Positions 28,501-37,111 of a DNA stretch of 64,000 nucleotides are shown here, one piece after another. Position 1 is the first letter of the stretch, and the number at the start of each line of letters is the position of its first letter. The stretch lies in IMG/VR virus record IMGVR_UViG_3300048587_000983; one strand, written 5' to 3'. A program made the position numbers and the translations under genes. The stretch comes from a virus. The notes under the pieces were generated by a model. It had not been told where the DNA came from, searched no databases, and saw only the letters and a program-made list of their open reading frames with translations.

Positions 28501-31500
28501 CAGGCTCAAGAACCTCCAGGTTCATCGCAGCCGGAACGAAACTCCCTCCTCGAATGACACCGATCACATAGATGTTTTGCGTGGTGGGTAGCGATGAAAG
28601 CGTCACGACCTGCGGAGTTGGGGTGAGATCAGCTGTATCAAGTTCGATGTAAAGAGCATCGTCCTCGGCCATCGCATAGCCGCCAGCGACAGGCAGCCAG
28701 CTCACGCCGATGGTAAGGTCGCGGATGGTAAACCCTGCACCGAATGTAAACTCACCCGCTGCTGTCAGCTCCCAGTCATAGCTGAAGGCGCCGCTTACCA
28801 GAAACTGACCGCCGCCACCACTGGATCCTTCCGAAGTGGAAAAGTTGGTCAGGAGGTTAACAAGGTTTGTATAGTCGATCGCATCGATCGTGATTCCGTC
28901 ACTGCTGAAAACAGCCACCTGACCGACGTCGGGTTGATTTGTAAAGGCCGCACGCGGGGCAGAGTCCTGCGTCGCGCCATCGCTCGCGGCAGGTGTCACC
29001 TTGAACTTGATCGAAAGACGGTTGTCAGAGCCGATCGTTCCTGGAAGAAGATTCACGGCATACCAGCGCCACTGGCCGGCTGCGGGTATGACTGGCGTGA
29101 AGTTCTCGCCGAGCGGGGTGACATCATCGTCCTCGTTGATTGTGCCAGTGGCAAAATCAATCACCGCACCCGTGAAATCAATCAGCCGGTCCTTGTACTT
29201 GATCCCGAAGATCGAACCGTTCAGGAGCGTGCGGTCCACGCCCGACACCAGGACCTTGGTTGAGATGGGATTTTCAGCCGTCATCTGAATCTGGCCGAAA
29301 ATGTTTTGCACGGCGGTATCGAGGTTACTCATGGCCTCGGGGTAGTTATCGCCCGCATTGATGTGTTCGGTTGAGGTGTAAGCCTCAAAAGTCACGTCGT
29401 CGATAATCCCGAGTCGGTTTTTTATATCGACGGAGAGGTTCTCACCGAGGACCATTTCCTCACCCGTGATGAGCGGTCGGAGGTTGGCCATCGAGGGCTC
29501 AAATTTCCCATCGACAATGATACCGATCACACCGATCTCGTCGTTCCAGGGAAGCGTGGGAATCGGTGTCACAAGCGGAGTTGGTGTAAGGTCCGAGGGG
29601 TCGAGAGGCACATAAAGCGCGTCGCCCTCGGTCATGGGATAGCCGCCCGAGGTCAGCTGGAACTCGGTAGCTGTGAAGATGTTGGTGAGTTTCACAGTCC
29701 CTGTAAGGGTCAGTTCGCCCGCTGCCGTCTTCTCCCAATCAACCGAGCCCGAGCCCCCGATCACAAGAAAGTCTGCGAGGTCGCCCGCAGACCCTGGCGG
29801 CAGCCAATTGAGGATCGCTGTGCCCGGCGCCACAATGCGGCTTAAAAGAATGTCGGATGGCAGCTCGAATAGACCAAAGACCCGATCGTGCGATTCGGAA
29901 ACGGATTTGACGTAAAAAGCGTTGTTGCCATCGGGTGCCTGAAAATCACCGTTCGCGGTTGCAGGCTCCTCGGACGCCGTGAAGTTGTTTTGCACGGTGA
30001 CCCGGTAGACGTCATCAATGGCGTCAAGCGACAAGAGCTCGACGTTTGTGATGAGACGGGTCGAGTTGTTGCCGCCGATGCCGGAGCCTGTGATCGTAAC
30101 CTGATCGTCGATGTCGGGCGCCTGCGAAAGCGAGGCTGCCGTCACGAGAAATTGGTTGGCATCGACGTTTATCGTTGTGATGCCGCCGATGACGCTGACT
30201 GCACCGAAAGCTATGATGTCAGTTACGGCATCGTAGCTTGTATAGGTTCCTGCCGCAGCGTCGGCCACTGCATGAAGAAGGGAGCCGAGCTTGTCACGTG
30301 CGACAGAAACCCCACGACTGCCTGAGGCTGCAAGGTTTATCGAAAAGCTGACTTCCTCTCCGTACATCTTGACGAAGTCAACACTCGACGCCTGGACGAG
30401 CGTGAGCATGAGGGAATTGAAGATTGGGTCCGTCTGAACGTCGAATGCCGTGAAGTTTTCCGCCGGGGCCAAAAGCTCCTGCATGAAGGCGCCGCTTCCG
30501 GTATATACAGATATGCCGAAGGCGGATCCACCCTTATCCTGTCGAAAAAGGACAAACAGTTCACGATTGTCTGCCACGAGGATGCGAGGGTCAGCCGCGT
30601 TTCCTGTGAGCGTTCCCACCCCGATCTGCTCGACGTCCGTGGAGACCGTCGTGGCGCTGCCATCAAGAGGATCGCCGATATCATCAAAGCGGCGATAAAG
30701 AATTGAGCCGAGAGTGTCGTTCTCCCAGGCGACGAAAACATAGAGGTCCTCGCTTACAAAAATATCGGGCGTAATCAGGTTCTGGGCCGAGCTGTTCAGG
30801 TTCTTTGGCGACGTTATGAGCGAGCCGGCCAGTGTACGAGCTGTAAAAAAGATCTGATTGTTGTTCGGACCCATAAGGGCCTGATAGACGACAAAGACCT
30901 TGGTGCCGGCCGGGTCAATCGAAACCCGCGGATGATCGCACGCCCCTGCCTGCGTGTCGAGAACCGTCTCGGACACAAGGTTACCGCCAACATCATCGAA
31001 CTTCTGATAGCAGATGTTGCCCGATTTTACGTAGACAACGTGGATATTGTCAGCCGGATCGATGGCCGCGCTGAAATACTTTGAAGTGATGCCTGTGATG
31101 AGTGTCGTGGGCGCAACGTCGGCGCTCAGACGATCGGAGGCAATCTTCGTATAGTCAAGCTCGTAAGAGGTTCCCGAGCCGCTCAGCGTGAGGATATGCC
31201 CCGCGTTGGCTGAATCGATCAGGACCTTCTGCGTTTGACGAACAAGCGTGTCGTCGAACGATTCGACAGGAGCAAGCGATGCAGGGATTGTTTCGTAGGT
31301 ACCGCCGAGAAGAAACTGCCGCGTTCCGATCCGCGGCGAGTAGTCTGTTGGGCGACGGTAGACAATTCTGTCAACACGAGGCCAGTCGGGGTCCTCGGCG
31401 ACCACAGGAAATGAGGCGATCTCTTCAAACCGCTGCGTTTCCCCCAGTTTGTCAACCAGGGTCCCTGGCGCGTTATCATAATTGCCACCATTGAGCGAGG

Positions 31501-31948
31501 TGCGGAGCCCACTGAATGGCCCAATGCGCAGAGTGTCAATATTGGTCTGGCGCAGAAGATCAAGAAGTCCCTTGATGGAGATCTTCTGCGGGACACGCCA
31601 CTCAACGCCGTCGTAGGTTCCAAGGATGACCTCGTTGTCAGATACGTCCTCGGGGGTTTTTGCGAACGTGAAAAGAAGGTCATCGATCGGGCTCGACGTC
31701 GGTGCCGTCACCACGAGATAAAAAGGGGCCGCCATGGAAGGGGCCGTGAGTGTGGTTGCGACATCCTTTTCGTAAATCAGCCCGTTCTGGACAGCTCGAA
31801 ACGCCGGCAGCGTAATCGTGGGGCCCGCCTGAGTAATTGGGCCGTCCATATCGAGAACGCCATGAACGCCTTCGATGGAGTCCACGATATCCCGGAACGT
31901 GCTAGCTGAATATGGAGCGCGAAAGCCAGTAATCTTGATAACAGCCAC
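25532..31948 (-). CDS. Large multidomain tail fibre protein (2138 aa)
   Basis: Two copies of a ~300-aa module (AGDNYPEA.SNLD...IDFATG...NFTPV.PA.G.WRW) and four copies of an AGENL...LVY.SPG...GRT...YYADP module. C-terminal domain NTSGGPFTLTLP..P..GD.V...D...W.TNNLTV.RNG..IEG resembles long-tail-fibre repeats. Confidence 0.75.
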   Translation of the reverse strand: MAVIKITGFRAPYSASTFRDIVDSIEGVHGVLDMDGPITQAGPTITLPAFRAVQNGLIYEKDVATTLTAPSMAAPFYLVVTAPTSSPIDDLLFTFAKTPEDVSDNEVILGTYDGVEWRVPQKISIKGLLDLLRQTNIDTLRIGPFSGLRTSLNGGNYDNAPGTLVDKLGETQRFEEIASFPVVAEDPDWPRVDRIVYRRPTDYSPRIGTRQFLLGGTYETIPASLAPVESFDDTLVRQTQKVLIDSANAGHILTLSGSGTSYELDYTKIASDRLSADVAPTTLITGITSKYFSAAIDPADNIHVVYVKSGNICYQKFDDVGGNLVSETVLDTQAGACDHPRVSIDPAGTKVFVVYQALMGPNNNQIFFTARTLAGSLITSPKNLNSSAQNLITPDIFVSEDLYVFVAWENDTLGSILYRRFDDIGDPLDGSATTVSTDVEQIGVGTLTGNAADPRILVADNRELFVLFRQDKGGSAFGISVYTGSGAFMQELLAPAENFTAFDVQTDPIFNSLMLTLVQASSVDFVKMYGEEVSFSINLAASGSRGVSVARDKLGSLLHAVADAAAGTYTSYDAVTDIIAFGAVSVIGGITTINVDANQFLVTAASLSQAPDIDDQVTITGSGIGGNNSTRLITNVELLSLDAIDDVYRVTVQNNFTASEEPATANGDFQAPDGNNAFYVKSVSESHDRVFGLFELPSDILLSRIVAPGTAILNWLPPGSAGDLADFLVIGGSGSVDWEKTAAGELTLTGTVKLTNIFTATEFQLTSGGYPMTEGDALYVPLDPSDLTPTPLVTPIPTLPWNDEIGVIGIIVDGKFEPSMANLRPLITGEEMVLGENLSVDIKNRLGIIDDVTFEAYTSTEHINAGDNYPEAMSNLDTAVQNIFGQIQMTAENPISTKVLVSGVDRTLLNGSIFGIKYKDRLIDFTGAVIDFATGTINEDDDVTPLGENFTPVIPAAGQWRWYAVNLLPGTIGSDNRLSIKFKVTPAASDGATQDSAPRAAFTNQPDVGQVAVFSSDGITIDAIDYTNLVNLLTNFSTSEGSSGGGGQFLVSGAFSYDWELTAAGEFTFGAGFTIRDLTIGVSWLPVAGGYAMAEDDALYIELDTADLTPTPQVVTLSSLPTTQNIYVIGVIRGGSFVPAAMNLEVLEPGEERVFGESLPVALKDRAGFTNDVNFDAYSSTKNLAAGDNYPEAISNLDLVIKQILEQVSILPKSPNSTRVVITGAYKTLFSGSVLGAQVENLLVEFDGAEIDFATGDIYESDGITPLGLNFTPVVPALGLWRWFAINLESTTPDSENQIQLRVIVTPASADGASQAAAVRAEFDSGPKVGQVAITSADGIAIDPITDINIVNLLTLDVGGGGGSTTLKAPAGENLSENDLVYMSPGNAAGDTGRTQGDIYLVDAGNASPALAAIRSQAIGFCQATVLTGADVKVALGGLRKNFVGLTPGIQYYADPSTPGAITSTAPTADGEWLVPVGVPRNATQLDINPSMSSDAELIEVVASPTDFDANQVAHGFTVGQPVYFDGTDWQLAQADSGYTMAEGIVKEVTDADNFTVRVVGPVEGLSGLTPGAYYFVSKDTAGALTVTEPTAPYFSNPVGFALSATQLMVLPLRPSSGGSNALTYFFTATAGENLTEGDLVYLSPGTALGDTARTQGQLYKCDAGNADPALAEIRAKAIGICTVTATAGNASQAQLAGEKGGFVGLLVGMVYYADPITPGALTTTKPVTVGQWSVPVGLGTSVTQLWINPAMAARTQQVEADTAPTLDFTAGENLAANELVYISPGNANGDTGRTLGQVHKCDAGNANSTLAAIRSQGIGFVQTTVTAGNTASVQFSRPMDGFSALTAGLLYYADPSTPGALTATRPTTLGHWVVPVGLAISATEIQVNPSMSPDSSIVSLQSGVETISGLAGENLTANELVYLSPGNAAGDTGRTQGQFYLVNAGHATLAAIRSQAIGFVQSTVLSGATVTVQRAGPMTGFAGLTPGLTYYADPASAGDLTATRPTTLNQYIVPVGFARSSTDIQINPAMSSDATPIAASGGLSTPTVKTAAYDLVDGDRIIANTSGGPFTLTLPPAPSVGDEVEIWDGQSTWGTNNLTVARNGSQIEGAASNLVCNVSGSKVQLVYMAGSRGWGVF

Positions 31949-31951
31949 GGT

Positions 31952-33424
31952 TTACCCCCGCTTGCGAACCACCACTCGAAGAAAGCCAATTTGTTGATCG
32001 TTGCCGTCGTAGTCCGTGTAGAAGACGTTGCCGACAACGTTTTTGATCCAGATGCGGTTTTTGTCCCATTTGACCCGGATCGCGCGTTCCATGTCGACAC
32101 TGCCCGTGATCGACGCGCTCAGAGAACCCGTAAGCGCTCCTGTGACGGTCCCCGTAAGGGAGCCAGGGATATAGGAAGCGTCCGTCGTTCCGGGGTTGAA
32201 AACGCCCGGCGTGAAGATCAGGCCGTTGGTAATGGAGACGCCAAGCGTATTGTTCAGGGAGACGCCCGTCGTGTTTACGAGCGTTGCGAGGTCGAGCTCT
32301 TCGACCGGGGAGCTGCCGTCGTTTGCAAGTGAGACCTGCACCGAAAAATCCAGCTTGTCCGAGCCGAGCTTATGAGAATAGATTTCCTCGAAAGTCGGCG
32401 TGCCGCTGACGTCAATGGCCCGCCATTCTCCGACAAAAGTGTCTCCGAAATGTCTTGCTCTTACGGCTGTGACAGCCGAGCCGTCAAAATCCGCCTCGCC
32501 CAGGAAAAGGCGTCCCGTGGCGGGTATTTCGCTCGTATCAAAGCCAAGCGTTACCGCGAGAGCATCACGGACGACGTAATTGATGCCGCTGATCCCCGAG
32601 GTTGGGAAGAGACCGACAATCTCAAGGCGGCTCACAACCGCACCAGGCGCCACGGTTTTTACGATGTAGATGCCTATGCTCGTGCTATCGAGAAGTTCGA
32701 GAATATCTCCCGGCTGCACGTCCTCGGCTGTAAAGTCTTTCGTGGCGTCGTTGAAGTAAACTGCGTAATTGTTTACGTCAGTTGAGATCGTGCCGTTACC
32801 GGCGGAAGGACTGAGGTCGCCATCTATTACCTCGACGCCACTCGCCTGAAAGTCTGCGTAGACGTATTTTACGCCTGAACCGCCGGTCAATGTCACTTCT
32901 TTCAGTGTTCTTACGCGAGAGACATAGCCCTCGATCTGAAGCTTAAGAAGATCGACTGAACCGTCCACCTGGACCTTGTTTGCAGTAAAGCCCATCCACG
33001 CGGGGTATCCATTGCCGTCCATCGAGCCCGATATGATGCGGTTCGGGATGGTGGCGCGAGCAGCCAGGGCTGCTCTGAGCGAGTCCGCGCCCTCGCGCGC
33101 ATCGAAGACTTCATCGTCACCGGCCGAGATGCGGTCGTTAAGAGAGAAGTCGCTCGTATCCGGATTAAGATAGCCGTAAACCTGAGAGCTCGATGCCTCA
33201 GCCTCTGAAGTCGTTGGCTTGAGCGAGCCATCGGGGTTATGAGCGACGAGCAGGAAGGCCGAGAGAGACGCTTGAGAGCCGCGGGCGTCGCTCAGCTCCT
33301 GGCCCGTACTGTCTGCAAAGGCATCTATTTTTTGCATGTTTTCATTGACGGGTATATGCCACGTATCGACATATTCACCGCTACCCGGCAGCACCAGACC
33401 CAGATAAATCGTCTTCGTTGACAT
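31952..33424 (-). CDS. Putative baseplate/tail fibre proximal protein (490 aa)
   Basis: N-terminal LGLVLPGSGEYVDTWH.PVNEN..KID is a fibre-attachment-type motif. Located between baseplate and fibre genes. Confidence 0.55.
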   Translation of the reverse strand: MSTKTIYLGLVLPGSGEYVDTWHIPVNENMQKIDAFADSTGQELSDARGSQASLSAFLLVAHNPDGSLKPTTSEAEASSSQVYGYLNPDTSDFSLNDRISAGDDEVFDAREGADSLRAALAARATIPNRIISGSMDGNGYPAWMGFTANKVQVDGSVDLLKLQIEGYVSRVRTLKEVTLTGGSGVKYVYADFQASGVEVIDGDLSPSAGNGTISTDVNNYAVYFNDATKDFTAEDVQPGDILELLDSTSIGIYIVKTVAPGAVVSRLEIVGLFPTSGISGINYVVRDALAVTLGFDTSEIPATGRLFLGEADFDGSAVTAVRARHFGDTFVGEWRAIDVSGTPTFEEIYSHKLGSDKLDFSVQVSLANDGSSPVEELDLATLVNTTGVSLNNTLGVSITNGLIFTPGVFNPGTTDASYIPGSLTGTVTGALTGSLSASITGSVDMERAIRVKWDKNRIWIKNVVGNVFYTDYDGNDQQIGFLRVVVRKRG

Positions 33425-33433
33425 ATATCACCT

Positions 33434-34129
33434 TCACTCAATGAAAATGGTATAGCGTATTGTTACCGTGATGTCGTTCGCCGCTACAAAGGGCACGGAA
33501 CGATAGGTGCGGATCGAGAAAAGCGCTTCGTCCGAATCCGGCGCGTTGGGCGCAGCGACAGCTGGCCGCGGGAACGGGGCAGCGTTGAGATTGGCCGTAA
33601 TCAGCCCCACCTCATTCACAACAGGGTCCGCTTGATTTGAAAAGCTTGTGATCGGAACATCCGTGGCAGCGAAAGTCTTTATGAACTTCGCCTCGTGCAC
33701 GGTGGGCGTCCCCACGTTGAGGATAACGGCGTCGATGTCCGCCCGATAAACCTCGTTATAAAGCTCGGTCATCGTCGAAACTGGTGTTTTTGGAACGGTC
33801 GGGTCCGAAGGTATCGTGCCCCGATCGCCAATGGCCATTCGCATAATAGGGAAGAAGTCGCCGCTTGTGAGCGATTCGATCACGCTGTCTTTGCCGACGT
33901 TGACGATGATGTTTTTGATCTTCATCTGATCGAGGATGCGGCAGCCACTGAAGTCCAGCGAATGCCCTTTGGCAATGATCGGGCCGCCTCGCTTCCGGGC
34001 ACGCGGACTATCCAGGGAAAGGACGGGTTTGCCCTGACAGACAAAGATTTCGACCATACCGATAGGCTTCAGTCCGTCCGTGATGGACTGCGGACCTTCG
34101 CCGCTGTGTGCCTTCGAGGCTCGCTTCAT
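33434..34129 (-). CDS. Putative baseplate wedge/tail-collar-like protein
   Basis: NIIVN.G...MAIGD...TP...TELYNEVYR...VNEVGL...IRYTI pattern and gene position. Confidence 0.55.
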   Translation of the reverse strand: MKRASKAHSGEGPQSITDGLKPIGMVEIFVCQGKPVLSLDSPRARKRGGPIIAKGHSLDFSGCRILDQMKIKNIIVNVGKDSVIESLTSGDFFPIMRMAIGDRGTIPSDPTVPKTPVSTMTELYNEVYRADIDAVILNVGTPTVHEAKFIKTFAATDVPITSFSNQADPVVNEVGLITANLNAAPFPRPAVAAPNAPDSDEALFSIRTYRSVPFVAANDITVTIRYTIFIE

Positions 34130-34165
34130 CGAGTGTTCCTTTATTTGCTCTTATCCTACACTGGT

Positions 34166-35752
34166 TTAGATCGTGAAGCTATCAATTAGGGTGCCCCCTT
34201 CACGGACCTCAAACTCAACAGACTCGTTGAACAAAACCGTCTCGGGATCGGTATCGAGACCCTCGTTGGCCACCGTCTCATAGGAAAGAAGAGTTGCCTG
34301 GGTCTGCCAGGTCGTTTCGTTCCAGTCAAGGCTCGGCGTGAGGTCGATGTCGGGTGAGAACCCGGCCATCTCCCCGAGGGAAATCTCATCCTGAAACTCG
34401 CCCACGATAATCTGAAAAAGGTAGGTTTTGTTCTTCGGTTTTATGGCTTCAAGAAACGTCACGACATTGGAAAGGTCGATGTCGGGGTAAATAAAGGCAT
34501 TGACCGAAATCTGCGGGAGGAATGTGTATTCCTCGAGCATCGTCAAAGCCTTGGTCTCGTCGGTGTCGCCGGGACCCCGGGTCGCGTCCTCGGTCAAAAA
34601 CCGCTCAATACCAAAGCGTCCGACTTCCGCTTCGATAAAGCCGGGGTAGTTGACTTTATCGAAGACCGTTATGCCCGTGACTAGGGGATCAAACCTTAAA
34701 ACCCGCTCGCCAGTCACGACGTCCGGGGCCAGCCCGGTCGGCACTTCAAATGTCCTCTCAACACCGTTATCACCGAGCGTTACGACCTCAGTTGGGGTGG
34801 CGGAGAGAACCGTGCCGTCCTCCTGCGCAACGGGGAGGCCGAAGAGAAGGTAGAGGGCGCGCCTTACGTTTTCGGGGGTGGGGCCATTCCAGAACGCGTA
34901 CCAGAGGCCTTGAATAACCTGCACATAGCGAGGGCTGTTCTCCTGATAGATGTCGATGAGAAAGCCGAAGTTATTCCACGGCGTTTCCTTATCGACGAGC
35001 GTTCTTTTCGCCCAGAGGATGGCCGGCGGTGGCTCCGCAAAGCTGATAATTCCCGTGTGCCGATCGACTGCGTAGTCGGTACCCTCAACGAGCGATACCG
35101 TTACACTCTCATCCCGCACCGCGTCCCGCATTTCAGGGATGGAGACAACCCTCTCCCGCCCGTGGGCGTAAGGGTAGCGGAACTCTGGGAAGGTCGTGGG
35201 TAGAGATTCGGCATCAACACCAAGGATAAATTCGCAGCAGTTTGCGAGAGGAATCGAGGTCGGCAGGATCTCAATGGAGCTTGATACGCCAGCCACGTTG
35301 GAGACGAGCTGAAGAATAGTGTTTTCAAAAATCGCACGCGCAAAGTCAAATCCCGCTGCGATATTGATCTTTGTCACGATCTCGTCAATGGTCGTCTGTA
35401 TAGGCACAAGCCCTTGCAGGTTGACCTCAATAGGCGACCCGCCGTTGATGGCAAAGCGGAGAAGGTATTTGGAGGTAAGATTGATACCGCTGCCTATATC
35501 CTGGTTTCCCGTGATGACGGAGGGTTTCGTGATGAAATTGTCGGAGGTGAAACTGTAGTTGAGCCAGCGCTCCGTGGCGAAGGCCTGCAGATCGCGCACC
35601 GCAATGTTTAGGTTAACCTCAGCAAACTGCTGGTAGACAGCGGCAATGACCTGCTCGAAGCCGTGCCACGTCTCGCCCATCCGCTCCCGGTCTTCCTCGG
35701 AAAGCTCATCCCAGACAGTGCCAAGAAAATCGAAATACTGCGGTGACGACAT
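34166..35752 (-). CDS. Putative baseplate wedge subunit (528 aa)
   Basis: GLWYAFWNGPT..NV.RAL..L.GLP and FLEAIKP...Y resemble P2 gpI/wedge-type proteins. Baseplate context. Confidence 0.55.
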   Translation of the reverse strand: MSSPQYFDFLGTVWDELSEEDRERMGETWHGFEQVIAAVYQQFAEVNLNIAVRDLQAFATERWLNYSFTSDNFITKPSVITGNQDIGSGINLTSKYLLRFAINGGSPIEVNLQGLVPIQTTIDEIVTKINIAAGFDFARAIFENTILQLVSNVAGVSSSIEILPTSIPLANCCEFILGVDAESLPTTFPEFRYPYAHGRERVVSIPEMRDAVRDESVTVSLVEGTDYAVDRHTGIISFAEPPPAILWAKRTLVDKETPWNNFGFLIDIYQENSPRYVQVIQGLWYAFWNGPTPENVRRALYLLFGLPVAQEDGTVLSATPTEVVTLGDNGVERTFEVPTGLAPDVVTGERVLRFDPLVTGITVFDKVNYPGFIEAEVGRFGIERFLTEDATRGPGDTDETKALTMLEEYTFLPQISVNAFIYPDIDLSNVVTFLEAIKPKNKTYLFQIIVGEFQDEISLGEMAGFSPDIDLTPSLDWNETTWQTQATLLSYETVANEGLDTDPETVLFNESVEFEVREGGTLIDSFTI

Positions 35753-35754
35753 CG

Positions 35755-36024
35755 TTACTTCCCGCGCATGAGATTGCCGTTACGATCCATAAAGCCGCCG
35801 CCTTTCAGGTCTTCCGGGGTCACCTTGCGCTTTGGGAACTTGCCGTGCCACCTGCCGCCGTCGGAGTTTTTCGACCCGTCCTTGTAGGTGTCAGGCGAAC
35901 ACTCACTGCAGAGGGCTTTTCCCACAAGCTCAGGCTTTCCAAAGTAGTCCTGGTCTCTTCCCCAGTAGTGTCCGAGGGCGGTGTTTTCAACACACTGGCA
36001 AAGGTCACAGACAAAAAGCGGCAT
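35755..36024 (-). CDS. Small Cys-rich (CxxC...CxxC) protein (89 aa)
   Basis: Start reassigned to ATG 36024 (TGATG overlap): MPLFVCDLCQCVENTALGHYW...LCSECSP. Confidence 0.7.
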   Translation of the reverse strand: MPLFVCDLCQCVENTALGHYWGRDQDYFGKPELVGKALCSECSPDTYKDGSKNSDGGRWHGKFPKRKVTPEDLKGGGFMDRNGNLMRGK

Positions 36025-36833
36025 CAGCGTCCTCTTCTCAAAAGTTTTTTGGCACCTTGAACTGCATATGGTGCCGCAAGCGTGCCGAGACCGGCAAGCT
36101 CGAACTTGTCTTTCGTGTGCTCGTTCATCGGTTTTCCACGGAGATTTTGGATGCTCGGCACAGCGAGAAGACCAAGCCCGCCCAGTTCGGCGGCGATATT
36201 GGCCTTTTTCTCGAAGCCGAGCCAAAAGCCCTTCTCGAAAGCCAGTTTTTGAAACCAGTCGGTCTCCTGAATGGCTTGCCAGGCTGCATTGATTTTCGAC
36301 ATGGTCTCCTCGCTCCCGCCCTTGTCGGGGTGGTGTTTCATGGCAAGATTGTGAAAAGCGCGCCTCACCTCGCGCTTTGTCGTTTCGTTGCCGGATAAGT
36401 CGAGCGTTTTTTTAAGATCGCTCACCGAGGCCGAGCCCCGGTTCCAGTTTCCGGCGCGATGCCAGCTCTGCTCGTAGCTCTGATTCCGGTATTCCTGGCG
36501 ACCCTGCTGGCGGTAGCCTCTGGAACCCGAGGTCAAGGAGCTCGCCCAAAGACCCGCCATGCCCCCTGACAGCGCACCGATAAGGGCGTCACGCCGGGGC
36601 GCATCCTTCAGCTCTTTTTTCACAGCCTCGTCCTCGAAAGCTTTCAGCTCCGGCGTGTCGGGCTTAATGCCCTTTTTCGCGGCCTCGCGCCGCACCTTTT
36701 TCATGAAATCGGAGTCGTAGCGGATGTCTTTTTCGTCAAGAGTGAGCCTGGTCGAAAGATAGTTCGTCGCGCCGGCTGCTCCTGCGCCCAGAAGAGGGAG
36801 CATCACCATGGGGTTTTTCAAAGGGTTTTGCAT
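36024..36833 (-). CDS. J-domain (DnaJ-like) containing protein
   Basis: LDLSGNETTKREVRRAFHNLAMKHHPDKGGSEETMSKINAAWQAI has an intact HPD motif. Followed by the FWLGFEKKA motif. Confidence 0.85.
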   Translation of the reverse strand: MQNPLKNPMVMLPLLGAGAAGATNYLSTRLTLDEKDIRYDSDFMKKVRREAAKKGIKPDTPELKAFEDEAVKKELKDAPRRDALIGALSGGMAGLWASSLTSGSRGYRQQGRQEYRNQSYEQSWHRAGNWNRGSASVSDLKKTLDLSGNETTKREVRRAFHNLAMKHHPDKGGSEETMSKINAAWQAIQETDWFQKLAFEKGFWLGFEKKANIAAELGGLGLLAVPSIQNLRGKPMNEHTKDKFELAGLGTLAAPYAVQGAKKLLRRGR

Positions 36834-36841
36834 GATCCGCC

Positions 36842-37111
36842 TCAGTATAAAAGGTGGGGGTTGCTGTCGGCCTGGAAAACCGGCCCCTGGTTTCCGACAC
36901 CGAAATCTCTCGGGTTACGCTCCCTGTCGAGAAGCGTTTTGTCCGTCATAAGCTGATTTCGCGGGTTTTCGCCCGAGACGTTCGTGCTTGACGCCAGAGG
37001 GCCATCAAACTCGTATTCGCCGTAGATTGAGCCCTTGCCGGAAGACGAAAAGCCTCCACCACCCGTGAAGGCCTCCGCTCGCTTGATAAATCCGCACCAG
37101 AAGCTTTTCAC
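36842..37111 (-). CDS. Small hypothetical protein with FWxGFxKRA motif
   Basis: Starts MKSFWCGFIKRAE. Confidence 0.7.
   Translation of the reverse strand: MKSFWCGFIKRAEAFTGGGGFSSSGKGSIYGEYEFDGPLASSTNVSGENPRNQLMTDKTLLDRERNPRDFGVGNQGPVFQADSNPHLLY

Noticed and set aside
17634-31948. DGR or invertase-driven fibre switching
   Set aside because: No reverse transcriptase, no adenine-specific TR/VR pair, no recombinase or inverted crossover sites noticed.
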